Shown here: piece after piece, positions 10,901-25,900 of the stretch
Numbering within the stretch: the stretch's first letter is position 1
How the letters are laid out: each line of letters begins with the position of its first letter
NCBI GenBank assembly: GCA_965223425.1
Contig: OZ245003.1
Location: 1,920,001-1,984,000 of the forward strand
DNA length: 64,000 nt
Origin: Nitrosopumilus sp.
GTDB taxonomy: Archaea > Thermoproteota > Nitrososphaeria > Nitrososphaerales > Nitrosopumilaceae
Direction of reading: 5' to 3'
Program-made: the position numbers and the translations under genes
Notes under the pieces: model-generated
The model's database searches: none
Told to the model about the DNA's origin: nothing
Seen by the model: the letters and a program-made list of their open reading frames with translations, nothing else

Positions 10901-13900
10901 TTGTTGGGCGGTGGTGATGTGGTGTCACCCGGTGGCCGGCTTACGTTGGTTATGGTCATGGTGTGGTTTGCAGAGCCTGTGCCGCCGTCGTTGTCAGTTA
11001 CCACCAGCGTGATGACTAGCAGGGTGTCTTTTGTGACATTGGGTGCCGTAAATGATGCCGTTGCCTGGTCATCATAAGTTATTGTGATGGACGTGTCGTT
11101 GGTAGTCCACGCGTATGATGATATGGTGCCGTCATTATCTGTCGAGCCGGTTCCGTTAAGTGATACCGTTGCTCCCTCTGCTGCCCGGGCAGGCGCGCTG
11201 ATTCTCGCAGTCGGTGGGACGTTGACGTCCGGTGGTGGTGGTGGTGGTGGTGGTGGTGGTGGCATGGGCTCTGTAACAATTACGGTCCGGGTTACCGGAT
11301 CTGCGGGGTTGAACCCGTCTGAGCAGGTATATATCACATCGTACTGGCCGGCTACAGCCGTGTTCACCGCATCAAGGCCGCTGACTGTGACGGTAATGGA
11401 ACGGCCCGAGTCAGTGCAGGTTGCCCCGTCATCTGTGTATGGGTCGCCCACTGTCAGCGATACGGATGACAAGCCGATAAGGGAAAGCACGGGTGTCACG
11501 GTATCTGCCACAAGAACCTGTCTGGTCACGTTTTGCGCGGCAAGCCCGTGTTCGTCTGTACACGAGTAGGTGTACAAGTACGGAGCTAACGGGATCGTGT
11601 CTGTATCCACATTGGAGGAGTTGGTAAGCGTTGTGTCATCGCCGTCAGGATCGGCGCAGGTTGCCCCGGCATCGGTATACGTGACGTACCTTTCTGCAGT
11701 TGCAGGGTTGTCGCCAGTTAGGGTGATTGTCGGCTGCCGGTTTTCTGCCTGCGGGAGGAGGGAGACGCTGTATAATTCGTTGTCCCCGGTAGGCTGCGCA
11801 AAGAGCCGCACGTCGTTGCCTGCGGCGTCCTTGATGTCGCGTACTGAGAGCGGTGAGATGGAAAGGCCTACAGTGCCGTTTGCAGTTACTGTTACCCCCA
11901 CGTCGTATACGGCATCAGATTCCTTGGTGACTGCAGAGACTGTCGCTGTGGCGCTGCCTGTGGTCGCAAAGTCTGATTTATCCACGTTAACTACTGCCTC
12001 GCTGAAGGTTGCCCTGAAGGTCGGGGTGGAATCAGTTGTGTTTTCTGTGAGAGGGTCGTGCCTTGCAACGGATGCGAGGGTAGGTCTAGTGATATCTACG
12101 CTGTATGATTCGTCGTCCCCAGTCGGTGTCGTGCCAGACAGGGCGTTGCCTGCAGCATCTGTGATGTCGCTTGCCGTAGCATTGATGCCAAGGCTGACCG
12201 TGCCTTCTTCGAATACAAGTACGCGTACTTCGTATGTGGAGTTGGAGCTGGAAGGCACCGGGGTGACTAGCAAGCTGCCCGCATCGGCGTTGTCCAGGAT
12301 CTCAAAGTCTGATGGATCCACGTTGTTGACTGCCTCGCTGAAGGCGGCCCTGAAGACCAGGATACTGCTGCTTGTGTCCTCCTCTGCAGGGTTGTGCCTT
12401 GTAATGGATGCAAGGGTTGGGGCAACGGTATCTACGTTGTATGATTCGCTTACCTCGGTAGTAGGTGTTGTACCGGACAGGGCGTTGCCTGCGGCGTCCT
12501 TGATGTCGTTTGCAGTAGCATTGATGCCAAGGTTGACCGTGCCGTCTGCAGTTACTGTCACCTCCACGTCGTATACGGTATCAGATTCCTTGGTTACTGC
12601 AAAGACTGTGGCTGTGGCGCTGCCTGTGATCTCAAAGTCTGTCGTGTCCACGTTAACCACTGCCTCGCTGAAGGTTGCCCTGAAGGTCAGGGTGCCGTTG
12701 TTTGTGTTCTGTGTGGCAGGATCGTGCCTTACAACTGACAGGAGGGCCGGCTGAACGGCATCCGCAGGCGGCGTGCCCACCGGCACGCGGGGGAGGAGGA
12801 CGTTGTATGATTGGTCAGTTGCCGGCTCCTCATCAGACAGGGGGAGGCCTGCAGTGTCAATGATATTGTGTGTTGGTGAGATGCCAAGGCCGACTGTGCC
12901 GTTTGCAGTTACGGTCACCCCCACGTCGTATATTTTACCGCCGGGCACCGGGGCGACTGTGGAGACTGACGCTGTGGCGTTGCCCGTGGTATCAAAGTCT
13001 GACGTGTCCACGCTGGTGACTGCCTCGCTGAAGGTCACCCTGAAGGTGGGGGTGGAATCGTTTGTGTCCTGTGATGGGGGGCCATACCTTGCAACTGATA
13101 CGAGGGTCGGCAGAACGGTATCTACGGTGTAGGAATCGTCAGTATCAGGCTGTACATCAAGAGACAGGGCGTTGCCTGCAGCATCTGCGATGTTGTTTGC
13201 CGCTTTAATGTCAAGGCCTACCGTGCCGCCTGCAGTTACTGTCACCTCCACGCGGTATGTTTTACCGCCGGACACCGAGGTGACTGCAGAGACTGTTGCA
13301 GCGGCATCGCCTGAGGTTGCAAAGTCTTCCTCATTTACGCTGTTTACCCCCTCGCTGAAGGTTACCATGAAGGTGGGGGTGGTGTCGCCTGTGTCCTGCT
13401 CTGCGGGCTCGTGCCTTTCAACTGATACGAGGGTCGGCAGAACGGTATCTACCGTATATGACTCGTCAGTCTCAGGCGGTACCTCAAGGGACAGGGTGCT
13501 GCCTGTGACATCTGCAATGTCGTTTTCTGGTTTAATGTCAAGGCCTACCGTGCCGTCTCCAGTTACTGCCAGCTCCACGCGGTATTGGGCAGTGCCAGGT
13601 GCCCCGGTGACTGTTTTGATTTCCGCAGCGGCGCTGCCTGTAATCGCAAAGTCTTCCTTGTTTACGTTGTTTACTGCCTCGCTGAATGTGACGCTGAAGG
13701 TGGGGGTGTCATCGTTTGTGTCCTGTGATGCAGGCTCGTCCCTTTCAACTGATACGAGGGTCGGCCGAACTGTATCTATAATGTAGGAATCGTCTGTCCC
13801 AGTCGGTTCCGTACCGGACAGGGCGTTGCCTGCGACATCTTGGATGTCGTGTCCTGTAACGATGCCCAAGTCTACCGTGCCGTCTGCAGGTGCGATTGCT

Positions 13901-16900
13901 GTCACGTTGTATGCTGTGCCGCCGGGCATCCTGTTGATTGTAAAGTCTACCACATCGACGTCGCCTGTGGTCTTAAAGTCTGCCGCATCCACGTTGAACA
14001 CTTCCTCGCTGAACGTCACCTTGAAGGTCGGGTTACGATCGTTTGTGTTTTGTGTGGCAGGCTCGTGCCTTTCAACGGATACGAGGGTCGGCCGAACTCT
14101 ATCTACCGTGAGGGACGAGTCGTCAGCTACGGTAGGTGCCGTGCCGGACAGGGCGTTGCCTGCGGCGTCCTTGATGTCGTTGTTTGCGGCGATGTCAAGG
14201 ATGACCGTGCCGTCTGCAGTTATATCCACTGATATGTCGTATGTGGAGTTGTCAGATGATAGTACCGGAAAGACTTGCAAGTTGGTCACAACAGCGTCGC
14301 CTGTGGTCTCAAAGTCTGCCGCATCCACGTTGAACACATCCTCGCTGAAGGCTATCCTGAAGGTGAGGGTGTCGTCGTTTGTGTACTCTGATACGGAGCT
14401 TTGCCTTGTAATGGTTTTTAGGATTGGCTGAACTGTATCTATAATGTAGGAATCGTCAGTCACGGTAGGTCCCGTACCGGACAGGTCGTTGCCTACGGCA
14501 TCCTCAATGTCGTTTACTGCATTGATGCCAAGGCCGACAGTGCCGTCTGTAGTTGCAGTCACCAGCACTTCGTATACGGTACCAGATGCCGTGTTGACTG
14601 TGGTGACTGTGGCGGCAGCGTCGCCTGTGGTCACAAAGTCTGATGTGTCCACATTGGTGACTGCCTCGCTGAAGGTTGCTCTGAAGGTGGGGGTACGATC
14701 GTTTGTGTTTTGTGTGGCAGGATACAGCCTTTCAACTGATTCAAGGGTCGGGGCGGTGACCTTTACGTTGTATGTGCTTGTTTGGGCATCCCCGGTGCCG
14801 GAGGGCAGGGCGTTGCCTGCGACATCAGTAATGTCGTTTTCTTCTGCATCGATGCCAAGGCCGACAGTGCCGCCCGTATCTGCTGATACCACCACGAGGT
14901 AGTCGTTGTCAGATACCTTGGTTACCGTAGAGACTGTCGCATCAGCGTCGCCTGTGGTCTCAAAGTCTGGCGGATCCACGTTGATTACTGCCTCGTCGAA
15001 TGTTACCCTGAAGGTCAGGGTGGTGTTGCCTGTGTTCTGCGTGGCAGGATCATGTATTATGGCAAACGAGAGTGTTGGGGCGGTAATGTCTACGGCGTAC
15101 GACTCGTTGGTGGTTTGGTCCGCCGATTCGAGAACCGCGTTGGCCAGCGGGTTGCCCACAGCGTCTGCAATGTTGTGATTGTGGTTGAGTGTCTTGATGT
15201 AAAGTCCGACTGTGCCGTCTCTGACCACGTTTACCTCCACGTGGTATACGGTACCGCCGGACACCGGGGTTACGCTACTGACAACCGCACCCGCATTGGC
15301 GCTGCCTGAGATCTCAAAGTCTGATGCATCCACGTTAACGACTTCCTCGCTGAAGGTTACCCTGAAGGTGGGGGTGTCATCGTTTGTGTTTTCTGTGGCA
15401 GGATCGTGCCTTTCAACAGACAGGAATGCCGGGTCGGTGGTGTCTATGCTGTATGAATCGTTGATCCCCCCGGTAGGCGCAGTATCGGCGGACAGGGGGA
15501 CGCCTGCGGCATCTGCAATGTCGTTTTCTTCAGCGATGCCCAGGTCTACCGTGCCGTCTTCAGTTACGGTTACCAGCACGTGGTATACCGTGCCGCCGGA
15601 TATCCTGGTGACATTAGAGACTGCAGCGTCGGCAGTTCCCAGGGCCACAAAGTCTGATGCATCCACGTTGAACACCGGCTGGCTGAAGGTCACGTTGAAG
15701 ATGGGGGTGTCATCGTTTGTGTCCCGCGTGGTAGGATCATGCCTTTCAACTGATACGAGTTTCGGCTGAATGATGCTTACGTTGTATGACTCGTTGGTTC
15801 CGGTAGTAGGCGCAGTGCCAGAGGACAGGGCAGCTGCTGTAACGGCATCTGCAATGTCGTTTTCTTCTGCATTGATGCCAAGGCCTACCGTGCCGTCTGT
15901 AGTTACTGCCACCTCCACGCGGTATTCCGTGCCGCCAGACGCCCCGGTTACAGCAGAGACTGTGGAATTGGCGGTGCCTGTGGTGACAAAGTCTGATTGG
16001 TCCACGTTGACCACTCCCTTGTTGAACGTGACGCTGAAGGTCGGGGTGCTGTCGCTTGTTTCCTGTTCTGGAGGTTCATGCCTTTCAACTGATGCAAGTT
16101 CCGGTTGGGCAAAGTCCACACTGTACGATTGGTCTGCATCTGCTGCCGCAGGGGTCCTCAGGTCGACCAGCCGGTTGCCTGCAATATCTGCAATGTCGTT
16201 TGCTGTTTTAATGTCAAGGCCTACCGTGCCGATGCCAGTCACACGCACCAGTACGTCATATGTGGAGCCGGACACCGGGGTGACTGTGGAGACTGTAGCG
16301 GTGGCATTGCCTGAGATTGCAAAGTCACTGCTGCCAACCTCGGTTACCGGTTCGCTAAATGTCACCTGGAATGTTGGGTTTTGGCGGTCTGTTTCCTCCG
16401 ATGTAGGGTCGTGCCTCTTGATGGATAGAACTGTTGGCGCAAGGCCGTCAGTTACGCCTGCTGACACGTCAAATGCGGTGGGCAGGCCGTACTGGAAGAT
16501 GCCGCCGGTATGGGGATCAAGCATATACATTCTGCTGCCGTCATCAGAGAATGCAAGGGAATCAAAGATAAGGCTGCTGTGGGATGCCGTAAACGAGGCG
16601 CCTGCCGTGCCGTCAAGGGTCGCACTGGATACGCTAAAGGCCTCAGACAGGCCGTACTGGAAGATGTCGCCGTCATCAGAGTCAAGCACGTACATTTTGC
16701 TGCCGTCATCAGAGAATGCGACAGAGCCAGGCGAGTCCAGCCCGCCGTGGTCTGCCCTAAACGCATAGCCTGGCGGCGTGCCGCCGTCAAGGGTCGCGTT
16801 TGCCACGCTAAAGGCCGCAGGCAGGCTGTACTGGAATATGCCGCCGTCATCAGAGTCAAGCACGTACATTTTGCTGCCGTCATCAGAGAATGCGACAGAG

Positions 16901-19900
16901 CCAGGTTCACCTAGATCATCATGGGCTATGCTAAGCAGATAGCCGTTTGAGGAGGAGTCATCAAGGGTCGCGCCAGTCACGTCAAAGGCATCAGGCAGGC
17001 TGTACTGGAAGATGCGATGGCCGCTGCTGTCAAGCACGTACATCTTGCTGCCGTTGGCGGAGAATGCAACAGTGTCAGGGTTTGACAGATTGCCGTGGAA
17101 TGCAGTAAACGAGGCGCCTGCCGTGCCGTCAAGGGTCGCACTGGATACGTTAAAGGCCTCAGACAGGCCGTACTGGAAGATCTCGCCGTCCCTGCTGTCT
17201 AGCACGTACATTTTGCTGCCGTTGGCGGAGAATGCAACAGAGGTGGGGAATCCCAGATTGTCGTGTTTTGCAGCAAACAGGGCGCCTGCAGGCTGCGTGC
17301 CATCCAGTGTGGGGCCTGCGTTGATGGTTGCAGTGACCATCCTGTTGCCTGCCGCATCTGAAATGTCCCCTGCAGTGTATGTCACGTCAGGTGTCGCACC
17401 GGTGTCAAGTGCGTCTTGCAGCGTCATTACTGCGGTGCTACCGGTCCCGTCAAGGCCGGTGACTGCAGTGACCGTGCTTCCTTCTACGCCCCATGCAGTA
17501 TGGGAGTCAGCCGTGCTGTTGACGTTCTCAGAGAAGGTGACAGTCACCTGGTTTGTGTCAGGGCCGGTCCTTGCAGCAAACGTGGGCGGGGCGGTGTCAT
17601 CAGCTGGCGACGGTGTCGTCGTAGTCGTTGTCGTTCTCGGGAAGTACTTTTCATAGTCGTCATCATGTATAACGAAAATATTGGTTCCTTCTTCAACCAG
17701 GCCGCTGCCCTGTTCTGTGTTGTGAATCTCAAATATGATTACCAGTTCATCCAGGGAATAGTCGATTGGCACCTGTTTGGGGTCGATGCTGACTGTAACT
17801 GGGAAGAAGCCTACCTGCGTATCGTTTTGTGTGTATATTACCTTCTCGTCCTGCTCAAGGTATACCCTTGATTGGTAGATGGCATCCTGACTGGGTATGA
17901 TGTTGGTCCTTCTATCAAAGCCAAATGTGATGTCAAGCATGTCAGTTGTGTCATTATAATACGGAGTGAAATATGCACGATAAGATTGAGGGTATAAAAC
18001 AGGCCTGTCCGACTTTGTTATGGTCATGGTGTGGTTTGCAGAGCCGGTGTAGCCGTCATCATCAGTCACCTTCAGCGTGATGACCAGCGCGGTGTTCTCT
18101 GTGACCCGGGGCGCCGTAAATGATGCTGTTGACTGGTTGCTGCCGGCAATGGCTATTGTCGGGTCGCCGGCAGTCCATTCGTATGATGATATGGTGCCGT
18201 CAGTATCATCAGATGCTGTCCCGTCAAGGGGCACTGTTCTCCCCTCGCCGGCAGTTTCAGGCGCGCTGATTACCGCAGTCGGTGGCATGTTCACATCAGG
18301 CGTGGTGCTGTCAGTTGGGATGCTGTTTTGAACCTGCAATAGCGCAAATGACCCAAGCGGGTTTGGAAGGACGCCGGGATCAAAGGGTTTGGCAGGGGGC
18401 GCCAGAGTGTACTGTTTTACTGCAGGCGTCCGAGCAGATACTGAATCAGGAAAGTCGCTGCTCTCATCTAGCACGAACATGCGGGTGCCGTCAGCAGAAA
18501 AGGCCACATCTGAGGGCCGGAATGGCAGTTCCACATCAACAAAGGACAGGGAATCAGGGGAAAGAACGCTAAAGGTCGACGGCCCTGCGCTGAATGATCC
18601 CGCGTGGGTGGCACTTGAGATGTCCCAGGCCTCTGAAAGAGCAAACTCGCTTATGAGGTTTTTATCAGGCACTGCCACGAACATGCGGGTGCCGTCAGCA
18701 GAGAAGGTGATGCCTGCAATGACAGCAGCAGCGTCTGCCCGGGGGTCTTCTGCAGAGATGCTGTGCGCCAGGACGGCAGAGGAGGCGTTCCACGCCTCAG
18801 AGAGGGAGAACTCGCTTATCCGGTCGTTGCGGTCACTTGCGATGTACATCGCAGTGCCGTCCGGCGAGAAGGCAATGCCGCGCAGATCCGTGTTGGGCAG
18901 AATCCCGGCCGAGGAGAGCGTGTGATTGACATACGAGGAAAAGGACGCATCAGAGGCGTTCCACGGGGAGGAGAACACAAACTCGTGGATGGCAGAGCCG
19001 TCCAGCGCGTCTGTGGCAAACAGCCTGGTGCCGTCAGCAGAGAAGGTTAGGCCCACCATGGCAACAGCGGGGTTTACCGTGACTGTGCTGTTGACGGGGA
19101 TGGGCGGTATCAGGGATGCAAGCGAGGTGGTGTATGCGTGGGATGCGCCAGAGGAGGAGGAGGAGGAGGAGACTTCCCACGGGGCAGGCAGGGCATATGC
19201 GTGCAGGCTGTTAGAAAAGTCAAGCACAAAAATTGTTGTGCCGTCCTTTGAGAGGGCCATGGCGACGGGAAAGTCCGTCTGCTCGCCGATAGGAAGGGAG
19301 CCGGCAAGCAGGGTGCCCCCTGAGAGGTCGTTTATGGTGCCTCCCGAACCGGTGCTGATGCCGGCAGAACCGCCCTTTTGGTACGAGACCTTTACGTCCT
19401 GGTTTCCGTCCAGCGTGTCGTTCAGGAGGAGCGTGATGCTAGAGCCGTCAACTGACATGGAGGCAGCATGCGGAGTCGGACGGATGTCGTCTGCATGCAC
19501 TGTCATGTTGGTTATTACCCTGACTGCAGACAGCGCAAAGTCGCCGGGAGCGGCACCGGCATTAGTTACGGCCTCTGAAAGCTCGATGCGAATGGCAGTG
19601 GAGTTGGACGTGTGGGCAGATATTGCCACGGGAGGCACCTTGTCCACGGTTCCATCAAAGGTGCCTGCATGCGCGGGGATCCCGTTGGTGTCCTCCACGC
19701 TTCCGGATGCAGAATCATACGTGATGTCAGGCGGATCGCCAGTGGAGCTGCCGCGCCCGGTGATGCCAAGCGTTATCTGGGCTGTGGCGCCTGCCGGATC
19801 CGTGTTTGCGGCGACTGTTCCTGCAGACAGCGCGAATCCGGAGCCGTCAGTCGTGTTGGACTTTACGTCGACTGGCTCGCTGTAGGTCAGGACTATGGTG

Positions 19901-22900
19901 TCGTTTCTGATCAGGGCGGCACTGACAATTACGGGGGACACCGTATCGCGGACTGTAACCAGGCGGATCACGCGGTCTGCGGGAATGCCGCTGTCAGGGT
20001 CAGTGCAGTAGTAGTTTATCTCATAGTCGCCCACGGTGGATGCGTCAACTGGCGCGGTATAGTTTATCACGAGGTTCTCCGGCAAGAGTATGTCATTGCC
20101 GGCACCGTCAGTGCATATGGCGCCCGGCTCGTCGTATCCGGAGCCCCATTCCACAAAGTGCGGGGTGTCACCGTTTAGCTTGATTACGGGGGGCCTTGAA
20201 TCAGACACTATTACGGTCTCAGTTATCGTGTGCGAGTTGCCAGAGGCGTCAGTGACGGTGTAGGTGACGTAGTAGGTTCCAGGACTGTCCGTATCTACTG
20301 CGCCGGCGTTCCCTATGTTCTGGGTGGTCTGGTCGCGGTCAGTCACGTTTAGGATCGTGCCTGCAACGTACGTGCCCCCCAGGGTTATGGTGGTGGTATA
20401 GTCTGCGTCGTGCTCATCTACTGCAAATGCGGGCTTTACGGTGTCGCGGACCTCGATTACGCGGGTCACGGTGTCGGCCCTGCTGCTGTCGCTGTCATCT
20501 GCTGCACAGTCGTAGGTGACGTTGTACTCTCCCACGACAGGCCTGTTGACACTATCGCTGTTTATCACGATGTTTCCTGATATGTCGGTGCCGTCTGCAT
20601 CAGCACACGTGGCCCCGGACTCTGTATAGTTGGCGCCAAGCTCCATCTGTTGCGGGTTCGCACCCAAGAGTGTGATTGTTGGCAGATCCTGGTTCGCATC
20701 AGGCGTGCCGCCGCCGGTATCGCCCGTAAACGGCGTGCTCACCGGTATGTTTGCAAAGCTTGCCACGGGGTTGCCTGCAACGTCTGCCATGCTGCTGTCC
20801 ACCAGATCCTGGTTATAGTTGATAACCAGGGTGTTGTTGCCGACAGGACCGTCAAGGCCAAGCGTGAGGGTTGAAGAGTCAGTGAGTATTGTTTGCGGCA
20901 CCACAGCAGGTATTGGTATAGACGTTGTTGCGCTGCCTGCAGCACGCGAGAGCGAAAAGCTCCCGGCGCCATGCGAGCCCTTGACGTTCTCCGAGAAGGT
21001 TACGGTTATTGACGTTGACGTGGCAGAAGCTGCCGCGGCGCTGACTGGGACAGGCGGCAGGCCGTCATTTGCCATGATGTTGCGTGCGTTATCGAGGTAC
21101 TCGGTCCCGTTGAAGATGCCGCCCCTGTGTGAGGTGGCACCATCACCATCGGCAGGCGGCCTCTGGTAATGGGCGTGCACGGCATCAAACCTGGTGGCAG
21201 TGTCCGGCAGGGAGGCGTTCAGCGCAAGCGTCATGGCGTCTGTTGTCCCGCCGGGATCCGAGTTTGATTTTATGGCAAGGCCTGCCGCGTCTGCGCCAAA
21301 CAGGATCCATCCCGTGCCGTCAGTTATGTCCGTATCAACGTTGGACAAAAAGCGCACGGCAAGCTCGTTATGGGCTACGAGGGTAACAGATTCTATCAGC
21401 GGAAGAAATGCGCCGCTCTTGCCTATTGGCAGGTCGTTCTGGTTGTAATTAAATGAGAACCCGTTTTGGGAATATGTAAAGAATCCCTCTATGTCAGCCT
21501 CCGGGGATGCCAATGCCCTGACTGCGCTGTCTGTGGACGGGTCAAGCTTGTAATGCGCCGTGCTGCCACTCGTGTGCAGCAGTAGGGGGAAGGCAAGATC
21601 CGAGCCGCCAGAGTCAGAGCCGGACTCGCGGATATGGAACAAGTCAAGCTCAGTACTAATGAGCAGGTTGACGTCCTTGTTGAAGGTTACACCGAGGATG
21701 CCGTGGTTTTCATAGTATGTGGCAGACCTGGCAAAGATCGTCTGGTCGTCGTAGACTGTTACTGTTACCGTGTCATTGTTGCTTGACAGGGAGCCGTCAT
21801 TTGTTGTAAGCGCGAACGTCAGGGCAGTAAAGTTGGCAGTGGACGGTGCAGTGAAGGTGGGGCTTGTTGTGTTGGCGTTTGTCAGTGTTACGGCAGGGGA
21901 GCCGGATGTCTGGGACCACGAGTACGTCAGGGTGTCGCCGTCATCAGGATCCGCCGATCTAGTCCCGTCAAGGGTCACCGTGTCGCCCTCCTGCACGTGC
22001 TGGTTTGGGCCGGCATCGGCAGCTGGCAGCCTGTTTGTGTCGTAGAGCGTCATGGTGTGGTTTGCAGAGCCTGTGGCGCCGTCATCATCAGTTACCTTCA
22101 GCGTGATGACCAGAGTGGCGTTCGCAGTGACCTGGGGTGCCGTAAATGATGCTTCTGCCTTGTCAGCATCAATTATTGTGATGGACGTGTTGTTGGCAGT
22201 CCACGCGTATAATGATATTGTGCCGTCACTGTCACTGGAGCCGGTCCCGACAAGGGTTACAGTCGTGCCCTCTGCTGCCCGGGCAGGCGCGGCAATTGAG
22301 GCAGTCGGTGGGGCGTTGCCGTCCGGCGGCGTTGGAGGCGTTGGCGCAGACTGCGTGCCCACCGGTATTCCTTCAAAGCTTGCCACGGGGTTGCCTGCAA
22401 CGTCTGCTATGCCGCTGCCTGCCAGGTCCTGGTTGTAGGCGACAGTCAGGTCGTTGTTGCCGATGGTGCTATTAAGGTTGAGCGTGAGGGTCTCAGAGTC
22501 AGTGAATATCGTTTCTGGCACCACTGCAGGTACGGGCGTCGTGGTGGCGCTGCCTGCGGCACGTGAGAGCGAAAAGCTTCCGGCGCCATGCGAGCCCAGG
22601 ACGTTCTCTGAGAAGGTTACAGTTATCGACGTTGACATGGCAGAGGCTGCTGCGGCGCTGACTGGAACCGGCGGCAGGCCGTCGGCTGCCTTGATGTCAG
22701 CAGTGTTCCCGAGGTATTCAGTGCCGTTGAAGATGCCTCCGCCATCGCCTGACGGCCTCTGGTATTTGACGTGCACGTCATCGAACCTGGTGGCAGTGCC
22801 TGGCAGGGAGGCATTTAGCGCAAGCGTCATGGTGTCTTTTATTCCGCCCGGATCCGAGTTTGATTCTATGGCAAGGTTTGCTGCCGTTACGTCTGCGCCA

Positions 22901-25900
22901 AACAGGATCCACCCCGTGCCGTTAGTAATGTCCGTGTCGACGTTGGACAAAAAGCGCACGGTGAGCTCGTCACGGGCCGCAAGGGTAACAGATTCTATCA
23001 GCGGAAGAAATGCGCCGCTCTTTATTGGCAGGTCGTTCTGGTCGTAATCAAATGAGAATCCTCCTTGTGAATATGTGAAATCGGGTTCTATGTCAGCCTC
23101 CGGGGATGCCAATGCCCTGACTGCGCTGTCTGTGGATGAATCAAGCTTGAAATGCGCCGTGCTGCCCGTCGTGATCAGCAGCTTGGAGGAGAGAAGATTC
23201 GAGCCGCCATCATCAGAGCCGGACTCGCGGATATGGAACAAGTCAAGCTCAGTACTAATGAGCAGGTTGACGTCCTTGTTGAAGGTTACACCGAGGATGC
23301 CGTGGTTTTCATAGTATGTGGCAGACCTGGCAAAGATCGTCTGGTCGTCGTAGACTGTTACTGTTACCGTGTCATTGTTGCTTGACAGGGAGCCGTCATT
23401 TGTTGTAAGCGCGAACGTCAGGGCAGTAAAGTTGGCAGTGGACGGTGCAGTGAAGGTGGGGCTTGTTGTGTTGGCGTTTGTCAGGGTTACGGCAGGGGAG
23501 CCGGATGTCTGGGACCACGAGTACGTCAGGGTATCACCGTCAGGATCCGTCGAGTTGGTCCCGTCAAGGGTCACCGTGTCTCCTTCCTGCACGTGCTGGT
23601 TTGGGCCGGCATCGGCGATTGGGGGCGGTCTTACGACAACGTTGTACGTACTGTAGATGGCCATCGGATCAACAACCAGGACGTTGCCTGCGGCGTCTGT
23701 GATGTCGTTTTCTGCAGCAGCGATGCCAAGGCCTACAGTGCCGCCTGCAGTTACGGTTACCTCCACGCGGTATTCGGAACCAGATATCTGGGTTACGCCG
23801 GTGACTGCCGCATCAGCGCCGCCTGTGGTCTCAAAGTCTGATGCATCCACGTTAACGACTGCCTCGCCGAATAGGATCCTGAAGGTCGGGGTGGAATCGC
23901 TTGTGTCCTCTGCTGTAGGATCATGCCTTGTGACAAACGAGAGTGTCGGGGCCACAGTGTCTGTGGTGTATGACTCGTCGGTTTGGCCCGAGGTGAGAAG
24001 CGTGTTGGCCAGCGGGTTGCCTACAACGTCTGTAATGTTGTGAATATGGTCTGCTGTCTTGATGTAAAGGCTGACTGTGCCGTCTTTAGGTACGGCTACC
24101 TCCACGTGGTATACGGCACCGCCGGACGCCGGGGTTACGCTGCTGACAGTCGCACCCGTATTGAGGCCGCCTTGGATCACAAAGTCTGATTTATCCACGT
24201 TAACCACTTCCTCGCTGAAGGTTACCCTGAAGGTCGGGGTGGCATCGTTTGTGTTCTGCGGTGTGGGATCGTGCCTTTCAACTGACAGGAATGCCGGGGC
24301 GGCAATGTCTATGGTGTATGACTCGTTGGCCCCAGTCGGTGCCGTACCGGACAGGGCGCGGCCTGTAACGGCATCTGCAATGTTGTTTGCTGATGCGATG
24401 CCAAGGCCGACTGTGCCGCCTGTAGTTACGGTTACCCCCACGTCGTATGATTTACCGCCGGACACCGGGACGACTGTGGAGACTTCTGCAGTGGCGTTGC
24501 CATACGTCGCAAAGTCTGCCACGTCTACGTTGGCCACTGCCGTGCTGAACGTGACCCTGAAGGTCGGGGTTTTATCGTTTGTGTTTTGTGCTGTGGGGTC
24601 ATGCCTTACAACTGACACGAGCTCTGGTTGAATAAAGTTTACATTGTATGATTCATCAGATACAGTCGGTGTCACCGGGTCGTCGCCTGCCGGTGCTGCT
24701 GCCAGTAGCAAGTTGCCTGCAACGTCTGCAATGTTGCTGCTTGCCTTAATGTCAAGGCCGACTATACCGCTGGCAAACACAAACACCCGTACGTCATATG
24801 TGGAACCGGACACCTGGGTGACTGTGGAGGCACGCGCAGTGGCGTTACCAGAGGTCTCAAAGTCACTGCTGCCAACCCCGGTTACAGGTTCGCTAAATGT
24901 TACCCTGAAGAGTGGATTGTCCTTGTCCGTGTCCTGTTCTTCAGGGTCGTGCCTTGCAATGGATACAACTGTTGGCGCAAGGCCGTCAGTTACGCCTGGT
25001 GACACGTCAAATGCGGTGGGCAGGCTGTACTGGAAGATGTCGCCGTTATATGGATCAAGCACGTACATCTTGCTGCCGTTAGAGGAGAATGCAAGGGAAT
25101 CAGGATTGTCGCTGTGGAATGCCGTAAACGAGGCGCCTGGCTGTTGTTGTTGCGACGTGCTGCCGTCAAGGATTGCGCCAGTCACGTTAAAGGCATCAGG
25201 CAGGCCGTACTGGAAGATGTCGCCGTCATCGCCGTCAAGCACGTACATCTTGTTGCCGTCATCAGAGAACGCAACAGAGTTAGGCGTGTACAGATCGTCG
25301 TGTTCTGCCGTAAACGAGGCGCCTGGCTGCTGCGGCGTGCCGCCGTCAAGGGTCGCGTTTGCCACGCTAAAGGCCGCAGGCAGGCTGTACTGGTAGATGT
25401 CGCCGTCACGGCTGTCAAGCACGTACATTTTACTGCCGTTAGCAGAGAATGCAATAGAGTCAGGTAAGTTCAGATCGCGATGGGCTACATCGAACAGATA
25501 GCCGTCTGAGGACGCGCCGCCGTCAAGGGTGGCGCCAGTCACGTCAAAGGCATCAGGCAGGCTGTACTGGAAGATGCGATTGCCGCTGTTATCTAGCACG
25601 TACATCTTGCTGCCGTTAACAGAGAATGCAACAGAGTCAGGTCCCCGCAGATTGTCGTGTGTTGCAGTAAACGAGGCGCCTGCCGTGCCGTCAAGGGCCG
25701 CACTGGATACGTCAAAGGCCTCAGACAGGCTGTACTGGTAGATGTCGCCGCCACGGCTGTCAAGCACGTACATTTTGCTGCCGTCAACAGAGAATGCAAC
25801 AGAGGTGGGGAATCTCAGATTGCTGTGTGTTGCAGTAAACGAAGCGCCTGCAGGCTGCGTGCCATCCAGTGTGGGGCCTGCGTTAATGGTTGCAGTGGCC

